The notes beneath the pieces are model-generated. The model was given only the letters and a program-made list of their open reading frames with translations, searched no databases and had not been told where the DNA came from. Below are positions 1 to 10,346 of a DNA stretch of 64,000 nt, in pieces. Numbering within the stretch: the stretch's first letter is position 1; every line of letters starts with the position of its first letter. The translations under genes were made by a program, and so were the position numbers. This stretch comes from an uncultured virus (IMG/VR IMGVR_UViG_3300020576_004096) (Duplodnaviria; Heunggongvirae; Uroviricota; Caudoviricetes): IMG/VR virus record IMGVR_UViG_3300020576_004096; one strand, 5' to 3'.

Positions 1-29
1 ACCTGATTCCTGAAGATAGGAAGCGCCGC

Positions 30-326
30 TTGCTTGAGCAGATTCAGCAAGAAACCAATAAGCATACTATTGGAAATGAAGACCTGGAAAAGATGGCTGG
101 AAGAAAATCAGGTCAACCTGAGGAATATGTTTCTCACTCACAAATCGTCGTCTCCAAGATTGAGAACTTCCAAACTTTCGTGGAAGAATGGAGAGAGCAT
201 TTTGTTCAGACGATGAAGCCTAAGCATCTACCGAAGCATTGGAACATAAAGCGAGATTTACATGGTCGAAAGAGAAGTAAACGAAGGTCAACGCGAAACA
301 GCGAAAACCGCCCCAATGCGAATTGA
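30..326 (+). CDS. hypothetical protein (may begin before the window)
   Basis: ORF track; co-oriented with neighbours. Confidence 0.5.
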   Translation: MLEQIQQETNKHTIGNEDLEKMAGRKSGQPEEYVSHSQIVVSKIENFQTFVEEWREHFVQTMKPKHLPKHWNIKRDLHGRKRSKRRSTRNSENRPNAN

Positions 327-672
327 AGCGATTTTGCCGAAGCTTTTTTGTGTTTTCACTTCGTTTCTTGGTTGCCTAGTATTGCTTGTTGCTCCGTTCT
401 ACGTTCCGCTTGTGAACCTGCTCGGAGCGATGGCTGTAGGAGTGGGGTCCGCTGTTCTTTCTGCTTTCATGGCCTTTGTTGCTGTTAGCGGGTTTGGCTA
501 CGCAACAAAGTTGACTGCAATGAAAGGATCTTCGCTCTCTTACTCCTTGACAGTCTACATGGTTTCAATGTTCTCTCTCTTGTTGTCGCTGGTGAGTTTT
601 TGTAGGCTCGCCGTTTGGGTTTTTGGTCATTTTTTTGGTATGAAGATCGATTGGACCTTCATACCGGCATAA
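262..672 (+). CDS. membrane protein, 3-4 TM segments (true start probably 316)
   Basis: hydrophobic stretches. Confidence 0.6.
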   Translation: MVEREVNEGQRETAKTAPMRIEAILPKLFCVFTSFLGCLVLLVAPFYVPLVNLLGAMAVGVGSAVLSAFMAFVAVSGFGYATKLTAMKGSSLSYSLTVYMVSMFSLLLSLVSFCRLAVWVFGHFFGMKIDWTFIPA

Positions 673-683
673 GGAGTTTTTGA

Positions 684-989
684 ATGGATACGAACAGTTC
701 ATCGTCTACGCCCCCGTCAAACATCTTGACTGCAACTGGCAGCCCTGGCAATCAGCCCCAGCCGCCTTCGCAGTCGTTCGGAAGCAGCACTTTCCGCCGC
801 ATTCTGCTTCTGCTCGCAATCGCTGGAATCTTGGGCGGAGGATACATCTGGTATACCTCTCGTCCTGAGCCGGTCACGCCGACCCCTCAGGCAAAGGCCC
901 CAGGCAACCGCAACAACGCTCAGCCTGCCGCAACGCCAGCGCCGTCAACAACGCCGACGACTGGTACGACAACGCCTAGCTCGAACTGA
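684..989 (+). CDS. single-TM protein with Pro/Thr-rich tail
   Basis: AAGGAG SD upstream; TM ILLLLAIAGILGGGYIWY. Confidence 0.7.
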   Translation: MDTNSSSSTPPSNILTATGSPGNQPQPPSQSFGSSTFRRILLLLAIAGILGGGYIWYTSRPEPVTPTPQAKAPGNRNNAQPAATPAPSTTPTTGTTTPSSN

Positions 990-997
990 TAGAAAAC

Positions 998-1025
998 ACT
1001 CCCCGGCAAATGCTGGGGAGTTTTT
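998..1025 (+). terminator. intrinsic terminator
   Basis: ACTCCCCGGCA-AA-TGCTGGGGAGT followed by T run. Confidence 0.7.
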
Positions 1026-1046
1026 CCGCGCAAAGAGAACCTAGAG

Positions 1047-1310
1047 ATGACAACCCCTTTCAGAACAGCATTCTACGGAGCGCTTTTGGCGACTCCGTTT
1101 TATCTGTTTTTCACAGCGTTGGCTTACTACCTCAACCTGTCAATTCTTTTCAAAGTCCTCTTCGTTTTCGTTTGCATTGACGCCTTTTTCATTATGTTCT
1201 GCGGAGTAGTAATGCTCTCGCAAAAAGCGTTCATAAAACGCAGTAAAGACGTTTATGCTGACTGTATCCATCACCAAGTCTCCGAATATCAAGAAGAACA
1301 AAGATTATGA
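1047..1310 (+). CDS. small membrane protein
   Basis: two hydrophobic segments. Confidence 0.55.
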   Translation: MTTPFRTAFYGALLATPFYLFFTALAYYLNLSILFKVLFVFVCIDAFFIMFCGVVMLSQKAFIKRSKDVYADCIHHQVSEYQEEQRL

Positions 1311-1722
1311 CTTGATAACATTCGGAAAGAACCAACTCCATCACTACGGGACGTTGTGTAGACTACTCGAAACTCCAGAAGACTTCAACCCGTCCCTGTT
1401 CGCCATAACAAGAAAAGATAAGAAGCCAATATGTTTGGCTTCTATAACAAAGAACATGCAGAGAAAAGGCATGTGCGATGCTGAACCGTCGCAACCCCTT
1501 AGCTCTGTGTTTTCATTCCAGTTCCCAAACTTCGAGATCATGGCTTATACAAGTCCTGACGAACGAAGAAAAGGAATCGGAAAAAAGACAATCAAGCTCC
1601 TGCTCAAGGCCGCAAAAGTCTCGGCTGACGATGTTATCTATGTATATTCGCAATCAATGGCGAATATGCTCGGAAAACTCGGCTATTGGAATGTAACAAA
1701 CCTACATGAATACACGCCTTGA
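1255..1722 (+). CDS. GNAT-like acetyltransferase fold protein (start uncertain)
   Basis: YTSPDERRKGIGK resembles acetyl-CoA motif A (R/QxxGxG). Confidence 0.45.
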   Translation: MLTVSITKSPNIKKNKDYDLITFGKNQLHHYGTLCRLLETPEDFNPSLFAITRKDKKPICLASITKNMQRKGMCDAEPSQPLSSVFSFQFPNFEIMAYTSPDERRKGIGKKTIKLLLKAAKVSADDVIYVYSQSMANMLGKLGYWNVTNLHEYTP

Positions 1723-2038
1723 AATAGAAATACCGCAAGAGATATCCTTTACTGAAATAAAGGCGCTTGGCGTATTTGGCGACGTATTCAGGTTTGAAAT
1801 ACGAGACGCAGCAAATCATAATCATGTTCACTTCAAAAAGGAACATTTCACTTCTAACAAAGAAGAAGCGGTCTTGGAGCTAAAAAGAGAACTCGATCAA
1901 AGAGAACTCTTCCTAGTGAAAGTTATGAAGGGTATAATCCTCACAGGGGACGAACCCTCAGAAATGATTCCCGAATCCTGGTACATTGTTTATGCTCAAA
2001 AGTACCCAACCATCGACCTTGCCGACCTCCCCTTCTGA
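1706..2038 (+). CDS. hypothetical protein
   Basis: ORF overlapping upstream stop. Confidence 0.6.
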   Translation: MNTRLEIEIPQEISFTEIKALGVFGDVFRFEIRDAANHNHVHFKKEHFTSNKEEAVLELKRELDQRELFLVKVMKGIILTGDEPSEMIPESWYIVYAQKYPTIDLADLPF

Positions 2039-2264
2039 ACTAAACTTTTCAAGGTTCGTTCGTAACGTCGCCATCGTCACTCTCATGTTTTTTGTGCCTT
2101 CAGTCATTCTGCTGGTAGTTATTACCCAGAAGAACTTTGGCGCAGAAGAAGCTATGAAGATGGCTGCGCTCCACGCTGTACTAACAACTATGTCGTTTGC
2201 GCTTGTGGTCCCGGTGGGCTACAAGTTCTACTCGCTCGCAAAGAGCAAGAACTGAGGTATTTAC

Positions 2265-2459
2265 ATGATGCGTTACATTTGTGAAGGAAACGATCTATAC
2301 AAGAATGACGCTAACAAGACCTGGGTTGCATGGTTCAAGTACGCAGAAGATTGTCAAGCAATCGCTGACTCCCTGAATGCAGCAGAACCTACCGCCGAAG
2401 CCGAAGAAGTTTATGAAGAACTCTCAGAACTCTCAGAACTCGAACCTGCTCTCTGCTAA
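2265..2459 (+). CDS. small acidic hypothetical protein
   Basis: GAGGT SD upstream. Confidence 0.6.
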   Translation: MMRYICEGNDLYKNDANKTWVAWFKYAEDCQAIADSLNAAEPTAEAEEVYEELSELSELEPALC

Positions 2460-2648
2460 AAGAGCAGCATGGATTCTGCTGTTCCTCGAACCAGCGCTCG
2501 TGTTGTATGTACTCTTCATGACATATGGAGTATATACCTGGGACAGCAAATATAACTCAACAGACAAAGGTATTATGATTGCGGCGTCAATTGTAATACT
2601 CGTATGCTGCGTCCCTAGCTTCATACGCTCAATCAAAATAATCCGCTC

Positions 2649-3056
2649 ATGATCATCATCTCAGTATCATCTCAACACGAAGAACCCTGGTTTCTTTTCG
2701 CGCAAAAGAAAGAACCGCTCCAAGATGGTTTCTATCAATGCGACCTGAGAGACCAGTTCTTTATCGTTGAAACAATCTACACTAAGAACGCCAGCAAAGG
2801 CTACTACCAGAACTTCAAGACGATCAATATAACAAGAGGAACTATATCAGACGGATTGCCGCCTCATCTTGAAAGTTCTCCTAACTCTCATGTTCGTAGA
2901 CTGTCAGGAAACGTAGAGGTGAAAGTTGAAATTCCTGCTCCAACTGCTCGTAACGTTCCTGCTAATCCTCACCCCAATCCTGCTCTTTCAGCTTTGGGAA
3001 TATCTGCGCCTCCGCAAACAGAGGCAATACCACAAAGCGCAACTCCAGGAACTTGA
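2649..3056 (+). CDS. hypothetical protein
   Basis: ATGA overlap with upstream membrane ORF. Confidence 0.55.
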   Translation: MIIISVSSQHEEPWFLFAQKKEPLQDGFYQCDLRDQFFIVETIYTKNASKGYYQNFKTINITRGTISDGLPPHLESSPNSHVRRLSGNVEVKVEIPAPTARNVPANPHPNPALSALGISAPPQTEAIPQSATPGT

Positions 3057-3136
3057 CCGACTCGGTAAGGCCGCTGTCGAAGAAGCAAAGAAAAACAAGA
3101 CAATCTAGTGGTTTTCTCAGAGCCTAGGATTCAATC

Positions 3137-4402
3137 ATGAGCGATACTCCCCTTATTCAGCAAATCGTTGAGCAAGACCTGATCAACAAGAAATATGTTG
3201 AGCCAGAAAAGACCGCATATAAGGTCTCTGGTAAAAAGAAGAAGAAACTCAAGAAGGCTCGTAAGGAAGGCAATGAAAAACTTGCCAAAGAAATCGCTCT
3301 CAGGTTTGTTGAGGCTTCGAGATACCCGCTCGACACAAACTCCATCTCGACCTGCCAAATTAAGTCCTTTGAAGGTAGCTATAGCGGCGAAGGCTACTCG
3401 CAAGCAATGGGCTTCTCTGTCCCCGGCGACATCCCCGGCTCCAAAGTTCTCTCCATCGACCGGCTCCATGTCGCCCTCTCCAACGTTCAAAGCGCCATCT
3501 CAAGAGTTACCAAACTCGACGCTATCTTTAACTTCAATCATAAGGACGCTGTAAGCTGGTCGCTCGCGCCTTACTACGAACAAATTCTCGCGGAAATCGA
3601 AAGTCTCCCCAGAATAACCCTCACCGAGTTCTTCGAGAACTATAACACCCGCTCCTGCTACATCCTTAAGATGGGTAGAGTCCAAGAATGCCTCGACCCG
3701 CAGTTCTTAGAGCTTTGCAGAAAGCTCCACGCCAAGATCTTTACAACCAGCCAGTCCTTTGCGAATACCGTTGGCTTCTTGTCAGCCGTTGTTCGCCAAA
3801 TCGCTGTTCGTAAGGTCGCCCTGCCCGAAAACCTCAAGAAGGCCCTCGAAGAAGTTAACAAACACTTCCTCTTCTTTGCAGTCGTACCAGGCAGAGTCTT
3901 CTACGCCGGTCATAAGGCCTCGTTCGTATCCTCAAGAGTCGTACAGGCAAACAATACAAAGCGGCTCGTTCTCCATAACGAAAAGTCCTACGCCTTTAAG
4001 AAGAGCGGCAAGGCAAGTTATTACTACTTCAGAGGCAGAGATTGTCCTGAATGGGTTGTGACTTGTAAGGCTAAGGATATGGAGAAGCGCAAAACCGCCT
4101 TCTTCCGCTTGAACGTCGAACAGCGCAGAGTTATCCTCGAAAGACTTGGCCCAAAGTCTATCGTTCGTACTCTTGGCGCAAAGACCATCGACACGCAGGG
4201 AGATTATAAGCTCCTCGAAGTCGAAATCCCAGTTTGGAACGGATGGTCAAGCTCCAGAAGAGCTTGTAAGTTCCTCCAAATGAAGAACCCCTCAATGGAC
4301 GATTACCACCTTGAGGGCGTTGATAACAGTTGCAATACCGTTGAAGACGCTATTAAGTGGCGCAATCACGGAGCAACGACATTGCCCCTCGCTTTGACCT
4401 AA
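3137..4402 (+). CDS. protein with C-terminal DUF6745-like domain
   Basis: C-terminal FLQMKNPS...HLEGV...TVEDAIKWR pattern. Confidence 0.6.
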   Translation: MSDTPLIQQIVEQDLINKKYVEPEKTAYKVSGKKKKKLKKARKEGNEKLAKEIALRFVEASRYPLDTNSISTCQIKSFEGSYSGEGYSQAMGFSVPGDIPGSKVLSIDRLHVALSNVQSAISRVTKLDAIFNFNHKDAVSWSLAPYYEQILAEIESLPRITLTEFFENYNTRSCYILKMGRVQECLDPQFLELCRKLHAKIFTTSQSFANTVGFLSAVVRQIAVRKVALPENLKKALEEVNKHFLFFAVVPGRVFYAGHKASFVSSRVVQANNTKRLVLHNEKSYAFKKSGKASYYYFRGRDCPEWVVTCKAKDMEKRKTAFFRLNVEQRRVILERLGPKSIVRTLGAKTIDTQGDYKLLEVEIPVWNGWSSSRRACKFLQMKNPSMDDYHLEGVDNSCNTVEDAIKWRNHGATTLPLALT

Positions 4403-4436
4403 TAACGGGTCAAGGCATAACCAAAGGAGTTTAGTT

Positions 4437-4805
4437 ATGGCCGCGAAGAAAAAGTCCGCAACCAAAGCCGCAAAACCCGCCAGCAACGAGGTTTACTACC
4501 AGCAGGGAGACGTTCTGCTCTTCAAGATTGACGAGCTTCCCTCCAAGCTGACCCCTCATCACGAACCCGTTGTTGCTTATGGCGAAGTCACCGGACACTC
4601 CCACAAGCTCAAGGGTAAGGCTACCGTCCTCAAGTCCAAGCCTAAGAAGGGCGAAGAAGAGGAAACCTACGTCGATGTCCAGGAAGACTCGACTATCGAG
4701 CATGAGGAACACAAGCCCATCAAGATTCCCAAGGGCAAGTACCGCTCCAAGATTGTTCGCGAAAGAAACCACCTGCTCAGCCGTACCGAGTACGTCCGAG
4801 ACTAA
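4437..4805 (+). CDS. conserved phage protein (QGDV...GEVTGHSH...HEEH family), often next to DUF6745-like genes
   Basis: motifs YQQGDVLL, GEVTGHSH, HEEHKPI; AAGGAG SD. Confidence 0.7.
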   Translation: MAAKKKSATKAAKPASNEVYYQQGDVLLFKIDELPSKLTPHHEPVVAYGEVTGHSHKLKGKATVLKSKPKKGEEEETYVDVQEDSTIEHEEHKPIKIPKGKYRSKIVRERNHLLSRTEYVRD

Positions 4806-4979
4806 ACTTTCACAGCAAAACTGGCTTTCGCAGTCGGCCCCTCTCTCCTCAAGGCCCTGCTTGCTCTAAAGGCAGGTATGGGCCTTTTATGTTGGCAATA
4901 GTCGAACTTGTCCTTGGCCTCTTAGAGTTCTTATGCGAACTCATACCCCTGTTTTCGCGCAAAAACAAAAGTTAGAACA

Positions 4980-5177
4980 ATGAACAACCTCACACCAAAG
5001 CAAATGCAAGAACTCGACCAGGCAACAGCAAGATATGTTGACCTGATTCTCCCATCCCTCAAAAGACTCTATGACGGCCTCATAGAATCAGGTATCCCAA
5101 AGGAAGTCGCTTCCCAAGTCCTATCAAAAACAACATCTGACCTGTTCCTGTCATTCCTTGGAATTAAGAGAGAATAA
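4980..5177 (+). CDS. hypothetical protein
   Basis: ORF track. Confidence 0.55.
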   Translation: MNNLTPKQMQELDQATARYVDLILPSLKRLYDGLIESGIPKEVASQVLSKTTSDLFLSFLGIKRE

Positions 5178-5183
5178 CACAAT

Positions 5184-5402
5184 ATGGACACCATCCTGAC
5201 AATCCTCAAGTTCATTGCCATTAGTATTGGAGTCCTCATCGCTCTGCCTATTATCGTTGTCCTCCTGGGAGTCGCTGTCTCAATACTCGGCGCTGTCATT
5301 GAAGTATGCGGAATCGTTTTCCTCTTCTTCGTCGCAGCCGCCGCTAGCTTCTTTAATGCCTTCCTCGAAGCATTCTTTACTCCCAAAAACCCCAGAAACT
5401 AA
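5184..5402 (+). CDS. small membrane protein
   Basis: hydrophobic throughout. Confidence 0.55.
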   Translation: MDTILTILKFIAISIGVLIALPIIVVLLGVAVSILGAVIEVCGIVFLFFVAAAASFFNAFLEAFFTPKNPRN

Positions 5403-5417
5403 GAAAGTTCCGCGCAT

Positions 5418-5939
5418 ATGCCAAAACTTAGAAGAGCCTTCCATGCCCCTGAAACACTCATAGTCGCTTCTATCGTCTGCCTCCTGCTCGGTATCCTCAT
5501 ACCAGCAATCTTCAAAGCAAAAGAAGCTGCTAGCAAAATTTCCGCGCAAAATCAAAAGTCTTCACAGAACCAGAAGCAGCAACTCTCAAAAGAAGAAAAG
5601 GATAGACTCTTCCAAGAACAAATCCAAATCGGAAAGCAAAAGGCTGAACAACGTCGAGCAGAAATGCTCGCTAAAGAAGCTCAAGAAGAAAATGAACGCC
5701 TCGCAGCTATAGAAAAAGAAAAACAACAACAGGAAATCTTGCAAAAAGAATACCTCTCCCAAATACAACCCCTCAACTTCGTAGTCACACCCTGGCAATA
5801 TAACAGAGAACAAGAGTTCTCTGTCTTCGTTCTCTATGATATCACTAATAAAGTAGAATATCTTGTCGTTAAGACCGGACTCGGAACCCCTAACCCGTCA
5901 ATCTCCATAACCCCAAGATATAAAAACACAAATCCCTAA
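5418..5939 (+). CDS. protein with degenerate prepilin-type N-terminus and coiled coil
   Basis: RRAFHAPETLIVASIVCLLLGILIPAIFKAKEAA resembles planctomycete RxGFTLIELLVV...LLPAVxxAREAA. Confidence 0.6.
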   Translation: MPKLRRAFHAPETLIVASIVCLLLGILIPAIFKAKEAASKISAQNQKSSQNQKQQLSKEEKDRLFQEQIQIGKQKAEQRRAEMLAKEAQEENERLAAIEKEKQQQEILQKEYLSQIQPLNFVVTPWQYNREQEFSVFVLYDITNKVEYLVVKTGLGTPNPSISITPRYKNTNP

Positions 5940-6019
5940 TTTTCCGCGCCAAATATCAAATCTTCACAACAAGAAGACCAGTACCAACAAAACCAGCAAC
6001 ACTAGCAACGGAGCCAACT

Positions 6020-6457
6020 ATGCAGAACCCCAAAGAACCCAAGGTCATCATCGAAAGAGATTTCATCACAGTTAGAAATAACCTCATAGAAGAACTACGA
6101 CATGAACTCTATATGGCTGTCCCAACATCCGTAGTCCCAGTAGACCAAATACTCGAAGCTGTTATTGAATACGACTTTTTTGGACCTAGTATCTCCTTAG
6201 AGTTCGTTAAGCACTGGTTCCTGTTCAGAAGAAAAACAGTCATCGCTACCGTTGACTTCGTTCCAGACGTATCCACCCCAAATGTTATAGCAGACGAAAC
6301 CAAAACAGGTATGCTCGTTGCTAAATGTTACAATAAAGACTTTGAGTTCCTTATCACCAAAGTTCTTATGGATATCTCCACAAAGTTCAACCTCTCACAA
6401 CCTGTTCTTAAGAGAAAAGGCTATGATACCTATGCCATAGAACCTCCTACAGAATAA
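6020..6457 (+). CDS. hypothetical protein
   Basis: GGAG SD. Confidence 0.65.
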   Translation: MQNPKEPKVIIERDFITVRNNLIEELRHELYMAVPTSVVPVDQILEAVIEYDFFGPSISLEFVKHWFLFRRKTVIATVDFVPDVSTPNVIADETKTGMLVAKCYNKDFEFLITKVLMDISTKFNLSQPVLKRKGYDTYAIEPPTE

Positions 6458-6548
6458 CTTTTGATACTTCTTCGAAACCTTCGAAAATCTCACACTAGCA
6501 AATCTTGTACTAAAGTCAGGGTAAAGCTAAAACAAAGGACGAGCAGTA

Positions 6549-6950
6549 ATGAATAATCTCTACAAGGTTCTGGTCATAACAACATTGTTGTACTTGACAA
6601 TCATTGTCGCTGAAACAGCTATCAGCGGCTTCAACTTTGTAACATTGCTCATAGCCTTTATTGGCTGGATTCCTCTCCTCGTTATTACCCTTGTAAATGA
6701 ACAACAAATCTACCTCAATAGCTTGTTCAAACAAGACATCTCCTATGGCATCGAAAAAGATAAAGAACTCGTCAAACAGATTGAAATAAGCTACCCGCCC
6801 CTTCATGCTTTTGTTCCTGTATTCTCTCAACGTCCTGCAAGTCTTGATAAAGAGAAGAGCAGTACAGACGAGAAAGAGAAGAATGAGAGCATACAGACGC
6901 TAGAAAGCCTATATGGAGATAATAGCGTTCATAAGAATGAGGAGAAGTAG
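6549..6950 (+). CDS. membrane protein
   Basis: two N-terminal TM segments. Confidence 0.6.
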   Translation: MNNLYKVLVITTLLYLTIIVAETAISGFNFVTLLIAFIGWIPLLVITLVNEQQIYLNSLFKQDISYGIEKDKELVKQIEISYPPLHAFVPVFSQRPASLDKEKSSTDEKEKNESIQTLESLYGDNSVHKNEEK

Positions 6951-7135
6951 AAGAAAGCCCTCTGGTGAAGAAAGAATGAGGATTGTAGTAGAAAGAGTTA
7001 GAGGATTGCCCCACTTTGCCCCACTTTGATGTACTTCTATGGGACATGCTCCCACAACCTGTTCATTAGCGCGTTTAAGTTCTTCCAACTAATGATTAAC
7101 ATTCACAAAATATAAACTACAATCTTATAAGTTCT

Positions 7136-7204
7136 GACACTGAAACTCATAACACTGATTTGCTAACACTGAAATGGACCACTGCGCAATGTTTCTAACA
7201 CTGA
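7136..7204. repeat. four short direct repeats of ACACTGA next to an AT-rich tract
   Basis: ACACTGA at 7137, 7152, 7166, 7198. Confidence 0.5.
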
Positions 7205-7648
7205 ATCTCGCTCTTCAAGTTCCGCCCACTGCGCCAGCAATTCAGTACGCCTTCATATGGCTAACTATGAGCGTTGTTACAACCTTCCTCATTGAGAATA
7301 ACCTCAACCGTCCATGCTCTACCAGAGATTATCTCCTGAGCTTCTTCCTCTGGCCGCTTTTACTATTCTTATTTTGTTTAGCCGTACTCTTTGACGCCAT
7401 AGGACGTTTGAGGGTTTGGCTATGCAAAAAAACGTATGGAGGACGATTTTCTTGGCTATTTTGTCGTCGTCGTTAAAGACAATCACCCTCCACAGCGTAC
7501 TGTGAAGGGTGATTGCAACATGCTTCATTCCAACCAGAACGGAGAAGAACTGGAGGAAGAAGCTAGTCTCTATGTGGCCCCAACAGCCCCATGCTTCTCC
7601 GAAGGGCAGGAAAGAGGGCAAAGGGCGGGTGGTGGCCTCTAATGGGAG

Positions 7649-8371
7649 ATGCCGACAAAGTTTAGTCCTAGGGGAGCGGTTAGGAGTTTGGCTATGCGAG
7701 TAAGACGTTTGGAAGTGGAATGGAACGGCGGCAAGGCGACGGTAGACTTGCGGGGCGAGTCTGGTAGTCCATTACCTATTGTTGGGATAGTAGGCGGGAA
7801 CGGCTCAGGGAAGAGCATGCTTCAGAAAATGGCATTGCGGCTATTTCGCAACGCCATGTATCCTGATACGAGTTTTGCGGACTGGGCTGCTGTGAGCGGG
7901 TATGGGGAACTGGAGTATGGGGGCGCAATAGCTACTGGTGTTGTAAAGCAGGGCAAAATAGTGCAAAGTTTGGTATTTCCTGATACGGTCTTGAAGGAGC
8001 GTCAGGTGTTGGGCGGGTTATTGGGGTACAACTCAGCATTATGCATGAGGTCATTTATTAGTGGTAGTGCTTTGGATTCAGGGGGATTTGGGGTAGAGAT
8101 GGTACGGTCTGTGTTGACTGATTTGTACAAGGGGGAGATAAGGAACTCTGTTATCTGGGTTGATTCGTTTGATGTCGGGTTGGATGATTCTTGTGCGCGG
8201 GAATTTTTGAAGGTTCTAGTTAAGAAGAGTTTGGAGAGGGACAATCAGTTGATTGTTAGCACTGCGCGGCGAGAGCTACTTTCTGGTATTGGCGAGGACG
8301 CTATCCGTCAACTCAGCGCTGGCACGAATGTTGTCGAGAAGATTCTCAAGACTCTCAAGACTCTCCGGTGA
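7649..8371 (+). CDS. ABC/AAA-type P-loop ATPase (start probably 7694)
   Basis: Walker A GGNGSGKS; Walker B-like VIWVDSFDVGLD; QLIVST. Confidence 0.7.
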   Translation: MPTKFSPRGAVRSLAMRVRRLEVEWNGGKATVDLRGESGSPLPIVGIVGGNGSGKSMLQKMALRLFRNAMYPDTSFADWAAVSGYGELEYGGAIATGVVKQGKIVQSLVFPDTVLKERQVLGGLLGYNSALCMRSFISGSALDSGGFGVEMVRSVLTDLYKGEIRNSVIWVDSFDVGLDDSCAREFLKVLVKKSLERDNQLIVSTARRELLSGIGEDAIRQLSAGTNVVEKILKTLKTLR

Positions 8372-8437
8372 ATTATATTCTTCTTAAGAAGAATATAATT
8401 AGAGACGAGCCACTGCGCAACCGTTTCTACCACTGAT

Positions 8438-9178
8438 TTAAGAAAACTTATAAGCGGAATCTTGGAGGGCAGTGAGTTCTCTGAGGTAAGTATCTTTATC
8501 AGTATGATAAGTGAACTTGAGGCCTGTGTTAAGTCTGAGTAGATTTTCGATAAGGCGGGCTGTACGGTTGGAGCCTTCTTTGAAAGGTTTGATACAAGCG
8601 AAGGAGAGGGAGGTGAGGTGGATCTGTCTTTCTAGGTCTTCCCAATGTTCTTTTTCCATGAGGATGGGCGCTTCGATACCTTCCTTGTACTTGTGATAAG
8701 TTTTAGAATAATTTGAGAAGAGGGAGGATAGGAGGGGTTTGATCTGGTCGGGAGGGGGCATAAGGCGATGACCGAGGGCTTTAGGTTCTTGGCGGTAGTT
8801 ACCAAGTTCTTCGGGTAGGGGGTAATCGATCTGGTTAAGGAGTTCTTGACCTTTGCGCGAAAAATCGTGGAGTAGGTTTTTATGAAGTTGTCTGACCCAG
8901 GGGAATAGCTTATCAAAACTTGCAGGAGTTATTAATTCTGGTTTTGGGATAAGCTCAGGATTTTTGGCAAGGTTGAATATAAGGTGGAGGCATCGCATTT
9001 GACCAGATACGGCTGCGTCTGCTCTTGTCGGTATAAGAAGATGCGCTTGAATCTGGTCATACTTGTGATTGATTTTTTCAAAAGAATTAGAATGCATGAT
9101 AAAGTTAACTTTATCATCTTCAGAGATTTCAGGGTAATATCTCTGGTCAAAGTCTGTCATAGGAATAAGTTCTTCCAT
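8438..9178 (-). CDS. Fic/Doc family protein with degenerate active-site motif
   Basis: IKPFKEGSNRTARL vs canonical HPFxDGNGRxxR; upstream GNYR motif. Confidence 0.7.
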   Translation of the reverse strand: MEELIPMTDFDQRYYPEISEDDKVNFIMHSNSFEKINHKYDQIQAHLLIPTRADAAVSGQMRCLHLIFNLAKNPELIPKPELITPASFDKLFPWVRQLHKNLLHDFSRKGQELLNQIDYPLPEELGNYRQEPKALGHRLMPPPDQIKPLLSSLFSNYSKTYHKYKEGIEAPILMEKEHWEDLERQIHLTSLSFACIKPFKEGSNRTARLIENLLRLNTGLKFTYHTDKDTYLRELTALQDSAYKFS

Positions 9179-9474
9179 AAATACCTGCCTTTCGGGATTT
9201 GTAGCGAATCGCTGACACGTTTATCGGAATGGTTATGAGTGAGGGGTTGGGGTTGGAATGGTTATGAGTGAGAAAGCGGGCTGAATCAGCGGCTGCTTGG
9301 AAGTGGAGAAGGGCAATCGAAAAAACCGCATTGGGGCGCTGCTAGGGGGCATTTCGGTATTTTGGTAGGCTATGTCGAACGCTTTTGCATGTGCAGGTGG
9401 AAAAGGCGGAGCCTAGAATCTGTAGAACGAGGGAGCGAGAGCTACGACGGCTGACAGTCAACTGGAGTTTCGTA

Positions 9475-10173
9475 ATGCCAAGAAAGAATAAGCAACTATA
9501 CATGGATGTAGCCGGTCATGCCAACACGCCTCTTTCAACCCGAAAAGCTGTTGTGAGTGGTCGAGGAGGGGAGTCCAGGGTTCCTCGCAAGTATCATCTG
9601 AAGGCGGACAAGCTCATTGAGATTCGTCGTCAGATGCAGGAAGCCGGTCATTTCATTTCGCCGTATGGCGCAAATCGTCTCTACAGCTTTATCATCGACT
9701 CTCTTATTGCATTAGGAACAGGTAAGCCGCATCCTGTTTCTGTTGTTTACAAGAAGTTCCAGGAGATTGCTTCGAAGCCTGAGACGACGAAGGCTGGCAA
9801 GACTGCATGGCAGCGATTTGCGGAGCGTCCATGTCGCAACGCTGAGACTGGGCGAGACGATTTCACTCGCTTCCTTCAGAACATTGAGGTTCTTCAGCGT
9901 TTGGGCGGCAATCATCCGTATGGCTTCAAGCTGGCGCAGGTTGGAGCTTGCATTGACATTGTTGTTGACGCAACTCGCCAGGTGAAGGTTCAGTTGCGAA
10001 CTGGCATTGCTGACGGCGACCCTGTTCAGCCCTTGAACACGAATCGCAAGCGCAAGTACACGAAGACTGTTGACAGCATTCCTGCTGGCTTGATTATCAA
10101 CGAGCTTGAGCAGACTTCGGCTACGGAGGCGGAAGAGTTCGAAGACAGCGACGAGATTGAGGTCGAAGACTGA
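9475..10173 (+). CDS. hypothetical protein, acidic C-terminus
   Basis: GGAG SD before ATG 9475. Confidence 0.7.
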   Translation: MPRKNKQLYMDVAGHANTPLSTRKAVVSGRGGESRVPRKYHLKADKLIEIRRQMQEAGHFISPYGANRLYSFIIDSLIALGTGKPHPVSVVYKKFQEIASKPETTKAGKTAWQRFAERPCRNAETGRDDFTRFLQNIEVLQRLGGNHPYGFKLAQVGACIDIVVDATRQVKVQLRTGIADGDPVQPLNTNRKRKYTKTVDSIPAGLIINELEQTSATEAEEFEDSDEIEVED

Positions 10174-10346
10174 GTTTCGACTATCGAGATAGCTAGATAC
10201 CCGTGGAGAGGCGTCTCAGTTTGTTGCTGGGACGCCTTTCTATTTGTATGGTATGTATTGGGGTAGGACTAAACTTTTGGCCCAAGGGCGATAGGCAATA
10301 AGGCTGCTGGCACGTTAGGCGGCTGTTCTACGGACAGAACTGAGAA

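Noticed and set aside
7174..7642. ORFs 7174-7476 and 7436-7642 as confident genes
   Set aside because: They overlap the repeat/skew-switch zone with no recognisable motifs; left uncalled.
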